NCBI GenBank assembly: GCA_030603275.1
Contig: JAUVYB010000007.1
Location: forward strand, 2,264-66,263
Reading direction: 5' to 3'
DNA: 64,000 nt
From: Deltaproteobacteria bacterium
Lineage (GTDB): Bacteria > Chloroflexota > Dehalococcoidia > Dehalococcoidales > BS750m-G39
Positions 1 to 8,457 of the stretch are shown here, in pieces. The translations under genes were made by a program, and so were the position numbers. Position 1 is the stretch's first letter, and each line of letters opens with the position of its first letter. Under the pieces are notes generated by a model. It saw only the letters and a list, made by a program, of their open reading frames with translations, had not been told where the DNA came from and made no database searches.

Positions 1-1769
1 CCCGAGTAGCAGGCGATGCGGGCCAGCCTGATGAAGGGCATCTTCTTTTCCGGGTCTGATTTAACGAAGACCTCGCCCAGCCTGATTTCTATATCCTCCG
101 GCTTTACCTGCCAGTTTGCCGCGGCGGTCTCCAGTAGCTGTTTTTTAACCTCGCGGGCGGCTTTCTGGGTTGCCTGCCCGGCCAGTATCGTTACCCGGCT
201 GCCGTAGCTGCCGGGGTCGACCGGGGTGTAGGCGGTGTCCACCCGCTTTATGGCGACATCGTCCAGCTTGATGCCCAGCTCCTCGGCGGCAATCATGCAG
301 AGCACTGTGTCCGAGCCCTGGCCGCAGTCGGTAGCGCCGGTGATTAGATTGACCGTGCCGTCTTCGCAGAGCCTGATGATAGCGGCGCAGGCCTGGTGCC
401 CCATCTGCCTGGCTCCGCCGGAATACGAGCTGCCGGAAATGCCGGTACCCCAGGAGATAGCGCCCTCTTTTTTGGGCAGCTTATCCCGGTCGCGCCAGAG
501 GGGGTCTTCGACGGCTTCCTTGATAGCCTGTTTCAGGCCGCAGGTCTTGAGGGTCACTTTATTTATCGTTTCGTAGATTTCCCCCGGTTTGGGGTTATCG
601 ATGGCGTTTCGCATCCTCATTTCCACCGGGTCTATGCCTAATTCTTCGGCGAGCATCTCCATCTGAATCTCGGCGGCAAAGCGGGTGTGGGTAACGCCGT
701 GGCCGCGCATGGCCGCCCCGATGGGGTTGTTGGTAAACACCCGGTAGGCGTCAAATTTGAAGTGGGGGAGCTTGTAGGGCAGGGTGGTCATAAAGCCGTT
801 GAGGTACATGGAGAGGGGGCCGATAGCGGTGTAACCGCCGCCGTCGGCGACGACGCGGTGCTGTATTGCCTTTAAAAGCCCGTCTTTAGTGACGCCCATC
901 TTGCTGTAAACAATCACGCTGTGCCGGCGCCGGCTGGTGGCCAGCTCTTCTTCCATGCTTTCTATGTATTTAACCGGCCTGCCCGTCATTTTGGAAAGTA
1001 AAACGGCGCAGAAATCACCGGCCAGGGAGTCGTTCTTGGTGCCGCCGAAGCCGCCGCCGATAAAGGGCTGGATAACCCTCACCCGGCTTAAAGGGACTTT
1101 AAAGCAGGCCGCCAGGTGCCGGTAGTGGAAGTAGGGGCTCTGCTTGGACGCCCAGACGGTGATATAGCCGGTGGGGTCGTAGTAGGCCAGTATGGCCGGC
1201 GGCTCCAGGTAGCCGTGGGTGGCTCTGGCCGTCCGGAACCTGTCCTCGCGGACGATATGGGACTCGGCGAAGGCCTTGTCAACATCGCCGAAGTTCCAGT
1301 GGTATTCCACGCTGATATTATTCTTGACATAATCATGGACCTTGGGGGCGCCGTCCTTCATGGCCTCTTCGGGGTCAAAGACGCCGGGAAGCTCTTCGTA
1401 TTCAACTTTGATAAGCCCGGCGGCTTGCTCGGCGGTGTCTTCATCAACGGCGGCTACCCCGGCCACCGCCTCGGCCATATAGCGCACCTTATCCACCGCT
1501 AAAGGCGTTTCGTCTCTTGTCGCCGGCATCCAGCCCCAGCTCCAGCCGCCGAAGTCTTTGCCGGTGACTATCCCCCTGACGCCGGGCAGTTTTTTGGCTT
1601 TGGAGGTGTCGATATTGAGGATGCGGGCGTGGGGGTAAGGACTCCTTAAGAGTTTGCACCAGAGCATGTCGGGCAGGGAGTAGTCGGCGGCGTATTTGGC
1701 CTGGCCGGTGACCTTCTCCCAGGCGTCCACCCGGGGCACCCGCTGGCCGATGACCGATAGTTCTGCCAT
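1..1769 (-). CDS. Xanthine dehydrogenase/aldehyde oxidase-family molybdopterin-binding large subunit (N-terminal part; C-terminus runs off the window)
   Basis: Own minus-strand translation from ATG at 1769-1767: MAELSVIGQRVPRVDAWEKVTGQAKYAADYSLPDMLWCKLLRSPYPHARI..., open to position 1. It is absent from the ORF track because it has no in-window stop. It follows the FAD and 2Fe-2S subunits in coxM-S-L-like order. Confidence 0.85.
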   Translation of the reverse strand, partial: MAELSVIGQRVPRVDAWEKVTGQAKYAADYSLPDMLWCKLLRSPYPHARILNIDTSKAKKLPGVRGIVTGKDFGGWSWGWMPATRDETPLAVDKVRYMAEAVAGVAAVDEDTAEQAAGLIKVEYEELPGVFDPEEAMKDGAPKVHDYVKNNISVEYHWNFGDVDKAFAESHIVREDRFRTARATHGYLEPPAILAYYDPTGYITVWASKQSPYFHYRHLAACFKVPLSRVRVIQPFIGGGFGGTKNDSLAGDFCAVLLSKMTGRPVKYIESMEEELATSRRRHSVIVYSKMGVTKDGLLKAIQHRVVADGGGYTAIGPLSMYLNGFMTTLPYKLPHFKFDAYRVFTNNPIGAAMRGHGVTHTRFAAEIQMEMLAEELGIDPVEMRMRNAIDNPKPGEIYETINKVTLKTCGLKQAIKEAVEDPLWRDRDKLPKKEGAISWGTGISGSSYSGGARQMGHQACAAIIRLCEDGTVNLITGATDCGQGSDTVLCMIAAEELGIKLDDVAIKRVDTAYTPVDPGSYGSRVTILAGQATQKAAREVKKQLLETAAANWQVKPEDIEIRLGEVFVKSDPEKKMPFIRLARIACYS

Positions 1770-1771
1770 GG

Positions 1772-2242
1772 CTATTTCCCTCCCATGTTTTCCGCCGCCG
1801 CCTTGATTGACTCGATAATCTTGGTATAGCCGGTGCAGCGGCACAGGTTGCCGGTGATGCCCTGCTTTATCTCTTCTTCGGTGGGGGTGGGGTTTTTATC
1901 GAGCAGCGCCTTGGCCGACATTATCATGCCGGGGGTGCAGAAGCCGCACTGCAGGCCGCCGTGGTCGACAAAAGCCTGCTGGATGGGGTGCAGCTTATCG
2001 CCGCTAGCCAGCCCCTCAACGGTTGTAATCTGTTTGCCGTCAGCCTCGGCAGCCAGCACCAGGCAGGAGTTAATTGCCTGCCCGTCCATGAGAACGGTGC
2101 AGGCCCCGCACTCGCCGAGGCCGCAGCCTTCTTTAGTTCCGGTAAGCCCCAGGTCTTCCCTGATGACCTCGAGCAGGGTGCGGCGGGGCGGCACCGAAAG
2201 CCGGTAGGGCTGGTTGTTTACCGTCAGGTTTATCTCTTTCAA
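1772..2242 (-). CDS. (2Fe-2S)-binding small subunit of the molybdoenzyme
   Basis: 156 aa. Cys motifs CGLGECGACTV and CGFCTPG...CRCTGY are typical of CoxS/XdhC-type iron-sulfur subunits. Confidence 0.9.
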   Translation of the reverse strand: MKEINLTVNNQPYRLSVPPRRTLLEVIREDLGLTGTKEGCGLGECGACTVLMDGQAINSCLVLAAEADGKQITTVEGLASGDKLHPIQQAFVDHGGLQCGFCTPGMIMSAKALLDKNPTPTEEEIKQGITGNLCRCTGYTKIIESIKAAAENMGGK

Positions 2243-2244
2243 TA

Positions 2245-3171
2245 CTATCTCCGAATGGCCTGTTTTATGGCCCGTTTAACCAGGACTTCGACCATGTCCC
2301 GGCGGTAGTCCGCCGAAGCCCGGTGGTCGTCTATGGGTCTGGACTGGCCGGCGGCGGTCTTAGCCGCTTTTTCAATAAGCGCATCATCAAATTTCTGCCC
2401 CTTGAGGACGGCCTCCGCTTTCCTAACCCGGATGGGGGTGGGGGCTACCGCTCCCAGGGCGATGCGGATGTCTTGGCAAACTCCGTCCTGGGGGATAACT
2501 ACCGCCGCTACCCCGACGATGGCTAAATCCATAGCCCGGCGGGGGGTGAGCTTGAGGTATATCCCCTGGCTGTTGGGGGGTGGGTGGGGTATTTGAATTT
2601 CCTGTAGAATCTCGTCATCGGCAAGGGCGGTCTGGCCGGGGCCGGTAAAGAAGTCCTCAATGCCGACCGTTCTCTCACCCTTTTGGCTGACCAGCTTTAA
2701 TTTGGCCCCCAGGGTGAGCAGCGGCGGCGCCGAATCGGCCGAGGGAACGGCGTTGCAGATATTGCCGGCTATAGTGCCCCGGTTTCTCACCTGTGGGGAG
2801 GCCATGCTCTGCGCCGCTTGAGCTAAGACACTGAACTTTTCCCCGATTATGGCCGAGGTCTCCACCGCCCCGATAGTCACCAGGGTGCCGAGGCTGAGGC
2901 CGCTGACGTCATACTTGATATTGTCCAGGCCGGGTATGCCTTTGAGGTCGATTACATGCTCCGGCGCCCCGATTTCCCGCCTCTTTAACCTGGGGATAAT
3001 ATCGGTGCCGCCGGCGATTACCATGGCTTTGCCTTTATACCGGGAGAGGAGGGATAGGGCTTCATCAAGAGTATCGGGGGCCAGGTAGTTGAATTTAGGC
3101 AGACGCCGGTAGAATGTCGTCATTTCGGGAACTCCAAGTATATAATCGCCCATTTTAGCTTGCTTTGTCAA
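2245..3171 (-). CDS. FAD-binding medium subunit of the molybdoenzyme (CoxM/XdhB-like)
   Basis: 308 aa. AGGTDIIPRLKRR and GTIAGNICNA motifs of the FAD_binding_5/CO_deh_flav_C family. A 3-nt gap separates it from the small subunit. Confidence 0.85.
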   Translation of the reverse strand: MTKQAKMGDYILGVPEMTTFYRRLPKFNYLAPDTLDEALSLLSRYKGKAMVIAGGTDIIPRLKRREIGAPEHVIDLKGIPGLDNIKYDVSGLSLGTLVTIGAVETSAIIGEKFSVLAQAAQSMASPQVRNRGTIAGNICNAVPSADSAPPLLTLGAKLKLVSQKGERTVGIEDFFTGPGQTALADDEILQEIQIPHPPPNSQGIYLKLTPRRAMDLAIVGVAAVVIPQDGVCQDIRIALGAVAPTPIRVRKAEAVLKGQKFDDALIEKAAKTAAGQSRPIDDHRASADYRRDMVEVLVKRAIKQAIRR

Positions 3172-3182
3172 ATCCGGTTCTT

Positions 3183-3329
3183 GTGACCGTGATGCAGGAC
3201 CTGACCGCCATGATTGTCCGCAAGGCGGTCAGGATGGCCCAGCAGATGGGCAAAAAGGTGGTGGGGGTGGTGGAGTCTCTTGCCCGCTCGGTGCCTGTTA
3301 AGAAAGAGAAGAAGGCGGGCTCTGGTTAG
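3183..3329 (+). pseudogene. Remnant of an Mrp/ApbC (NBP35-type) ATPase gene, about 48 codons
   Basis: Own translation: VTVMQDLTAMIVRKAVRMAQQMGKKVVGVVESLARSVPVKKEKKAGSG*. It resembles the internal 'VTTPQD(L/V)A..D..K...M......V.G.VENMS' block of Mrp/ApbC but lacks the P-loop N-terminus and the C-terminus. It ends in hairpin GGCGGGC-N8-GCCCGCC (3314-3335). Confidence 0.35.
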
Positions 3330-3393
3330 CCCGCCTTAAAAGTCAGCTTAAATTACACGCAGCCGGTTGGCTTGGGTACCCCGGCCCAATTAA

Positions 3394-4023
3394 TCATTTC
3401 ATGCTATCAATAATAAGCTCGGCGGCCAGCCTGACGGCTGTCCCCGGAATTACGCCACATTTCTCAAAACCCTTTTCCTTGGCGAAGGTCATCATGGCCT
3501 CTTCGCTTTCCCCGGGATTTATCGCATATCCAATTGTCACTGTTTCTATTATTTTGGCGCAATGCCTATCACCTATTGTCTCTTCGAAAAGGGCTATAAA
3601 TTTCTGGGAATTCATTATACTAAGACCCTTGGCATCGTAATCCAGCGGGTTATCACTGCCAAAATAGAGCCCAAAGTTAATTAAGCTCCCGGTTATGCCC
3701 CCGCATATATCGCCGGTACCGCCGATGCTGGGGAACGGGCTCATGGCCTTAATGATTTCCATATTACCCTGGCCGAATTCTTCCATCAGGGTAAGCGCTG
3801 TGGCCTGGGCACAATTCTTGAGAATAAAGTTATATTCCTCGGCCCGCAGCTGAACGCGGTCGAGGATTTGCTGCTTGTTGGCTAACAGCTCTTTGGAGTC
3901 CAGTTTCTTCCTGGGAATCCCGTCCTTGGCCAGCTTTCTAATTCTGTCCTGAATGGCGGGCTCATCCCAGTCTCTTTCTACCAGTTCGTCTACCTTTTTC
4001 TTTAATGCCGGATAGTCTGGCAT
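3394..4023 (-). CDS. C_GCAxxG_C_C family (putative redox-active) protein
   Basis: 209 aa. NCAQATALTL..., GDICGGITGSLINFG, ...HCAKIIE..., ...EKCGVIPG spacing fits the C-GCAxxG-C-C family. SD AAGGAGG lies upstream. Confidence 0.65.
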   Translation of the reverse strand: MPDYPALKKKVDELVERDWDEPAIQDRIRKLAKDGIPRKKLDSKELLANKQQILDRVQLRAEEYNFILKNCAQATALTLMEEFGQGNMEIIKAMSPFPSIGGTGDICGGITGSLINFGLYFGSDNPLDYDAKGLSIMNSQKFIALFEETIGDRHCAKIIETVTIGYAINPGESEEAMMTFAKEKGFEKCGVIPGTAVRLAAELIIDSMK

Positions 4024-4066
4024 TATCTGGTTACCTCCTTTTAGCTATTCTAGAAAACTGACTATA

Positions 4067-4075
4067 AATATAGCA
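4067..4075 (-). promoter_or_regulatory. Extended -10 promoter element (TGCTATATT) for the C_GCAxxG gene
   Basis: Minus-strand reading cgTGcTATATTtatagt lies about 40 nt upstream of ATG 4023. The same TGCTATAWT signature recurs at 4285-4293 and 27270-27278. Confidence 0.4.
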
Positions 4076-4204
4076 CGATTCGGGCCGGTTTTAAATAACT
4101 AAGAGTTAAGTGCTACCCTCGCCGCTGATTTTTTCTACCTGACTAATTCTAAAATGTTTGTGAGATACTGGTAAATTTTACATGAGTGAGGGGGCAGAAA
4201 TAAG

Positions 4205-4276
<72 letters not shown>

Positions 4277-4284
4277 ATCGGCAA

Positions 4285-4314
4285 AATATAGCACGCATTG
4301 ATTTATAGTGTCAA
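4285..4314 (-). promoter_or_regulatory. Sigma70-type promoter of the tRNA gene (-35 TTGACA, 18-nt spacer with TGn, -10 TATATT)
   Basis: Minus-strand reading: TTGACA(4314-4309)...TGcTATATT(4293-4285), then 8 nt to the mature tRNA 5' G (4276). The -35 box overlaps the tupC-like stop codon. Confidence 0.55.
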
Positions 4315-5399
4315 TTCCACCGTTTGATAACGTGCACCGCGGTGGCCTTAAAGGTGGCGTAGACCCTGTTACCAACCGCCAGCTTCAGGTCCTGGGCTGA
4401 CTGCCTGGTGACTACGGTTAAGAGGGGGAAGCCACAGTCCAGTTCAATCCTGACCAGTGCCCCCACCGGGAATATCCTGGTTATACTGCCCTCAAAGGTG
4501 TTGCGGGCGCTGCTGGCGTCCTTGTGGAGGGCCAGGGTGACATCTTCCGGGCGGATGAGGGCATGTACTTCGGCGCCTGTATGATAGTCTGAGATTGCCT
4601 GGATGAGACCGCCGCCGACATCAATGCCGACCAGCTCGTTGTCCCGGTTGGCTATTACCCCGCCGAGGATATTGCCGATGCCGACCAGCTCGGCGACTCT
4701 GGTGTTTTGGGGGGTGCTGAATATATCGTTGGGGCTGCCCGTCTGGAGCAGCTCGCCGTTAATTATCACCCCTATCCGGCCGGCGAGGCGCTGTCCCTGC
4801 GCCATATCGTGGGTGGCCATCACCACCGTTGTCTTTTGCTCACCGATGATATGCGCCAGCACCTCCTCTATCCTGGCGGCGGAGACGGGGTCGAGGTTAG
4901 CCGTGGGCTCGTCGAGAAACAGCACCTCGGGGGCTATCGCTAGCGCCCGGGCGATGGCTACCAGCTGCGTTTCACCCCCGGAGAGGGTGCGGGCGTTGCG
5001 GCTCGAGTATTCGGTCATGCCCACCAGCTCCAGAGCACTGTTAACCCTCTGGCTGACAGTGGCCTCCTTTTCCTTTCTCCATCTCAGCCCGCAGGCGATA
5101 TTATCAGAGACGCTCATGTTAAAGACTACCGGTTTCTGCAGCACGAAGGACATGCGGCGGCGCGTCTGAAGGCGGCGGTTCTTGTTGTCGGTTACCTCCC
5201 TGCCGTCAAAGTAGATGTGCCCTGAGGCCGGCGCCTCCAGCAGGTCAAGCAGGCGGAGCAGGGTGGTCTTGCCGGCGCCGGTGGGGCCGATGAGAGCCAG
5301 GACTTCACCCTGTTCAACCTTAAGGCTGATATTCTTGATAATTTCTTGCTTGCCGTATTTCCGGGTGATATTAACCGTTTCTATTAAAGCCATGCTCAT
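4311..5399 (-). CDS. tupC: ABC transporter ATP-binding protein with C-terminal TOBE/Mop-like domain (tungstate/molybdate type)
   Basis: 362 aa. Walker A GPTGAGKTT, signature LSGGETQ, Walker B LFLDEP, and a C-terminal beta-rich TOBE-like tail. It overlaps the permease gene by 4 nt. Confidence 0.7.
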   Translation of the reverse strand: MSMALIETVNITRKYGKQEIIKNISLKVEQGEVLALIGPTGAGKTTLLRLLDLLEAPASGHIYFDGREVTDNKNRRLQTRRRMSFVLQKPVVFNMSVSDNIACGLRWRKEKEATVSQRVNSALELVGMTEYSSRNARTLSGGETQLVAIARALAIAPEVLFLDEPTANLDPVSAARIEEVLAHIIGEQKTTVVMATHDMAQGQRLAGRIGVIINGELLQTGSPNDIFSTPQNTRVAELVGIGNILGGVIANRDNELVGIDVGGGLIQAISDYHTGAEVHALIRPEDVTLALHKDASSARNTFEGSITRIFPVGALVRIELDCGFPLLTVVTRQSAQDLKLAVGNRVYATFKATAVHVIKRWN

Positions 5400-6082
5400 C
5401 TCTGCTGAATCCGGTTTAGTCCAATATTTATTACCAGGGCGATGAAGATAAGAATCATGCCCAGCGCCAGCGCCAGTTCCAGGTCACCCTTGGATGTTTC
5501 CAGGGAGATGGCGGTGGTGATGGTGCGGGTAAAGCCCCTGATGTTGCCCCCGACCATGAGTGAGAGGCCGACCTCGGAAATAGCCCGCCCGAAGCCCATT
5601 ATCAGTCCCGCCAGCACGCCGAACCTGGCTTCCCTGAAAGTAATAACCGACATCTGGAAGCCCGATGCGCCGAGGGATACGGCGGTATCGGTGATGGCCT
5701 TGTCGGTAGCGCTTAAGGCGGAGATAATCAGCCCCAGCATCAGCGGGATTATCAGTACTACCTGCCCGACTACCATGACGGCGGGGCTGAACATGATGCC
5801 GAACCCTCCCAGCGGGCCGGCGCTGGAGAACATAACAAAGACGAAAAGCCCGACGGCTACCGTGGGCAGGCTGAACAGCGTCTGGATGATGTTTATCAGC
5901 GTGCGCTTGCCGGGGAAGCGGTTGAAATGGATAACCGCCCCCAGCGGCAGGCATATCAGGGCGGCGATGGCCGAGGAGGTCGCCGATATTGCCAGCGACC
6001 TCCCCGCTATCTGCATGACCTCGGGGTCAAGGGATATGATGAGCTTGACTGCGGTTACCAGTCCTTCCCAAAGCTCGGTCAA
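5396..6082 (-). CDS. tupB: ABC transporter permease (tungstate/molybdate type)
   Basis: 228 aa polytopic membrane protein lying between the binding-protein and ATPase genes. Confidence 0.7.
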   Translation of the reverse strand: MTELWEGLVTAVKLIISLDPEVMQIAGRSLAISATSSAIAALICLPLGAVIHFNRFPGKRTLINIIQTLFSLPTVAVGLFVFVMFSSAGPLGGFGIMFSPAVMVVGQVVLIIPLMLGLIISALSATDKAITDTAVSLGASGFQMSVITFREARFGVLAGLIMGFGRAISEVGLSLMVGGNIRGFTRTITTAISLETSKGDLELALALGMILIFIALVINIGLNRIQQR

Positions 6083-6107
6083 TATGTTTACCTCTCTATA
6101 TTGCTAT

Positions 6108-7067
6108 TTAGCTGCCGGTATACTCCGGGACGGGCAGGGTATAGTCTTCAACCGGGGGACAGCCGGGCATATCACAGCCGGCAATGGGGAAGAAGAGCGG
6201 CCTGCCGTATTCGGCTTCCCCGTAGGTGCTGATTATATCCTGGACTTCGGCGGAAATCAGCCAGTTGATGAACCGGTTGGCGATATCAATCCTAGCTTTT
6301 GAGTGCGTTTCCGGGTTGATGGCTATGGCGGCGTAGACGTTGAGGAATATGGGGTCCTCTTCCACAAGGGATACTATGTCCAGGCCGCTCTTGAGATTGT
6401 AGGCCAGAAAAGTGGATATATCGGCCATGACGTATGCCTGCATCTCGTTAGCCATCAGCAGGGTGGGCCCCATGCCCTTACCGGCTTCAACATACCATTT
6501 ACCTGAGTTACGGATTTCCTCGTAGTCGAAGCCGGCCTGGCTCCAGATAAGCTTTTCCTTGGCGTGGGTGCCGGAATCATCGCCCCTGGAGACGAATTTG
6601 ACAGTATCGGGGTCGTTTAAGCCGGCATTGTATAGCTTTTCGAATGCTTCGCTGGCGGTGGAGCCGGTAATACCGGCGGGGTCGCTTTCAGGCCCGGCAA
6701 TCAGGAAGAAGTTATAGGCAAAGTTACGGCGGTTGATGCCGTAGCCATCGGCCAAGAACATGTCTTCCCTGGCCCTGTCGTGGACAATGATGGCATCAAC
6801 GTCACCCCTCCGTCCGTATTCCAGGGCGATGCCGGTGCCGGCATAGATAATATCCATTTCCACGTTGGCCAGCTCTTCGAAAATCGGCTCCAGATGGTAC
6901 CAGAGGCCGGTATCGTAGAGGCTGGTGGTAGTGGCGATTTTGAACCTTACCATGGGGTCGTGTAGCGGGTACTGTGATTCTGTTTTGGCGGGACAGCCGG
7001 CAGCGCTCACCAGCAGGCTGACAAGCACCAGTCCGGCTAATATAACCAATATCGTCTTTCTTTTCAT
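6108..7067 (-). CDS. tupA: Periplasmic/extracytoplasmic tungstate-binding protein (TupA-like)
   Basis: 319 aa with signal/lipobox-like N-terminus (LLVSAAGC). Motifs IATTTSLYDTGLW, GTGIALEYGRRGDVD and SRGDDSGTH match the TupA pattern as I remember it (TTTS and GDDSGTH blocks). Confidence 0.7.
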   Translation of the reverse strand: MKRKTILVILAGLVLVSLLVSAAGCPAKTESQYPLHDPMVRFKIATTTSLYDTGLWYHLEPIFEELANVEMDIIYAGTGIALEYGRRGDVDAIIVHDRAREDMFLADGYGINRRNFAYNFFLIAGPESDPAGITGSTASEAFEKLYNAGLNDPDTVKFVSRGDDSGTHAKEKLIWSQAGFDYEEIRNSGKWYVEAGKGMGPTLLMANEMQAYVMADISTFLAYNLKSGLDIVSLVEEDPIFLNVYAAIAINPETHSKARIDIANRFINWLISAEVQDIISTYGEAEYGRPLFFPIAGCDMPGCPPVEDYTLPVPEYTGS

Positions 7068-7098
7068 AAAACTCCTCTATAAATTTATATGCGCAATT

Positions 7099-7123
7099 AA
7101 AAAGCACCTCTTTAAGGAGGTGC
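7099..7123 (-). terminator. Intrinsic terminator acting as expression platform of the upstream riboswitch
   Basis: Minus-strand reading: GCACCTC-CTTAAA-GAGGTGC followed by TTTTT. It lies between the riboswitch aptamer and the tupA start. Confidence 0.65.
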
Positions 7124-7149
7124 ACGACATGCCTTTAGCTCAGGCATAA

Positions 7150-7252
7150 AGCGTTCTCCTTTCCAATCACGGGAGGCACCGCCGTTTCCAGCGATACCCT
7201 ATCGGCCAGTCTCCATGGCTAAAGCTTTAGGGAGAACAGGCTCGGAGAGAAT
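7150..7252 (-). promoter_or_regulatory. Molybdenum/tungsten cofactor (Moco RNA motif) riboswitch aptamer
   Basis: Minus-strand reading: tctCCGAGCCtgttctccc...ctGGAAACGgcggtGCCTCCCgtgattGGAAAGGAGaac. The CCGAGCC, GGAAACG, GCCUCCC and GGAAAGGAG blocks match the Moco motif (Rfam RF01055) from memory. A closing helix GTTCTCC/GGAGAAC is present. The 5' UTR of a tup operon is a known genomic context for this motif. Confidence 0.7.
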
Positions 7253-7339
7253 ATTCAGTTGTTAAGCTTAATTATGTTATCACCTCTGCGGTGATTATTG
7301 CAACCCTGTTTGAGCGGGTGAGAAGGGAAAGATGATTTC

Positions 7340-7572
7340 CAGATAGGGGGTGGGGGGAAAAGGGGAGGCGAAGCCTGATTTTTAGAGTGCGTTATGCTTC
7401 CCACCCTCCCGCCCTACAGAAGTGATACTTCTATCAATTTCTTCTTGGGGGAAAAGGGGTAGGACTAATCTAATAGGGTGTTTAAGAGGGGCGTTAGCCC
7501 CTCTTTTTAAAAATATATTCCCCCTCTCCAAGAGTGGAGAGGGGGATAAAGGGGGTGAGGTTGATAAAATAA
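7340..7572 (+). repeat. Mosaic hairpin repeat locus R1 (full A-B-C element)
   Basis: Module A: tttagagtgcgttatgcttcccaccctcccgccctacAGAAGTgatACTTCTat. Module B hairpin: AAGAGGGGC-gtta-GCCCCTCTT. Module C hairpin: CCCCCTCTCC-aagagt-GGAGAGGGGG plus tail ataaagggggtgaggttgataaaat. Confidence 0.9.
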
Positions 7573-7574
7573 AG

Positions 7575-7604
7575 TTGACGCTGGCTTAAGCTCTCTGTTA
7601 AAAT
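7575..7604 (+). promoter_or_regulatory. Sigma70-type promoter (TTGACG, 18 nt, TAAAAT) for the crotonase-hbd-thiolase genes
   Basis: TTGACG at 7575-7580 and TAAAAT at 7599-7604, directly after repeat module C and about 65 nt upstream of ATG 7670. Confidence 0.5.
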
Positions 7605-7669
7605 TCACTTTGGTTATTCCTCTTTTTAACCTGCTTGTTGACCCTTATAAGTCACGAAGGAGGTCTGGT

Positions 7670-8440
7670 ATGGCTGTTAGCTATGAGAAAGAAGGCAGGA
7701 TTGCTATATTCACCATAAATCGCCCCGAGGCAATGAACGCCCTGAACATGGAGACGATGCGTGAGTTTCTAAAGGTGATGACCGAGTTCAGGGATGACCC
7801 TGAGCTGTGGGTCGGCATTGTTACCGGCGCCGGTGAGAAGGCTTTCTGCGGCGGGGCCGATATCAAGGATACCCTGCCCTTTATGAAGGAGCACGGCAGA
7901 GACCCGTGGGCAATGCCACCCAGCATAATGCGGGGACTGGAGCTATGGAAGCCGCTTATTGCCGCTATCAACGGCATGGCGCTGGGCGGGGGGCTGGAGA
8001 TGGCCCTGGCCTGCGATATAAGAATAGCCGCCGAAACTGCCCGCCTGGGCACGCCCGAGGTAACCCTGGGGCTGATTCCGGGGTGGGGGGGAACGCAGCG
8101 GCTGCCGCGGGTTATTCCCTGGTGTAAGGCGGCTGAGCTATTGCTTATGGGGAAACTGATAGATGCCCAGGAGGCCTACCGTATCGGACTGGTGAATAAG
8201 GTAGTGCCTCAGGCTGAGGTTATGGCCACGGCTAAGGAATGGGCCGGAGCTATCTGCAAGGCGGGGCCCCTGGCGGTCAGGGCGGCTAAAGAGGCGATGA
8301 TCAGGGGTTCGGCCATGACTCTGGAGGAGGGGTTGAGGCTGGAAAACTCACTGGTGGCCTCTGTCATGTCCACCGAGGACTTCGACGAGGGAACCAGGGC
8401 TTTCATAGAAAAGAGAAAACCGGACTACAAAGCAAAATAA
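7670..8440 (+). CDS. Enoyl-CoA hydratase/isomerase (crotonase family)
   Basis: The ORF track frame begins at TTG 7610. I prefer ATG 7670 (MAVSYEKEGRIAIFTINRPEAMNAL...) because GAAGGAGG lies just upstream. The GGG..ALACD crotonase oxyanion motif is present. Confidence 0.85.
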   Translation: MAVSYEKEGRIAIFTINRPEAMNALNMETMREFLKVMTEFRDDPELWVGIVTGAGEKAFCGGADIKDTLPFMKEHGRDPWAMPPSIMRGLELWKPLIAAINGMALGGGLEMALACDIRIAAETARLGTPEVTLGLIPGWGGTQRLPRVIPWCKAAELLLMGKLIDAQEAYRIGLVNKVVPQAEVMATAKEWAGAICKAGPLAVRAAKEAMIRGSAMTLEEGLRLENSLVASVMSTEDFDEGTRAFIEKRKPDYKAK

Positions 8441-8457
8441 TGTAAGGAAGGAGCACC

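Noticed and set aside
5442-6302. 286-aa plus-strand ORF opposite tupB/tupA
   Set aside because: It is an antisense shadow frame in GC-rich coding DNA with a low-complexity S/P/A/T-rich product. The minus strand encodes clearly recognisable ABC transporter components.
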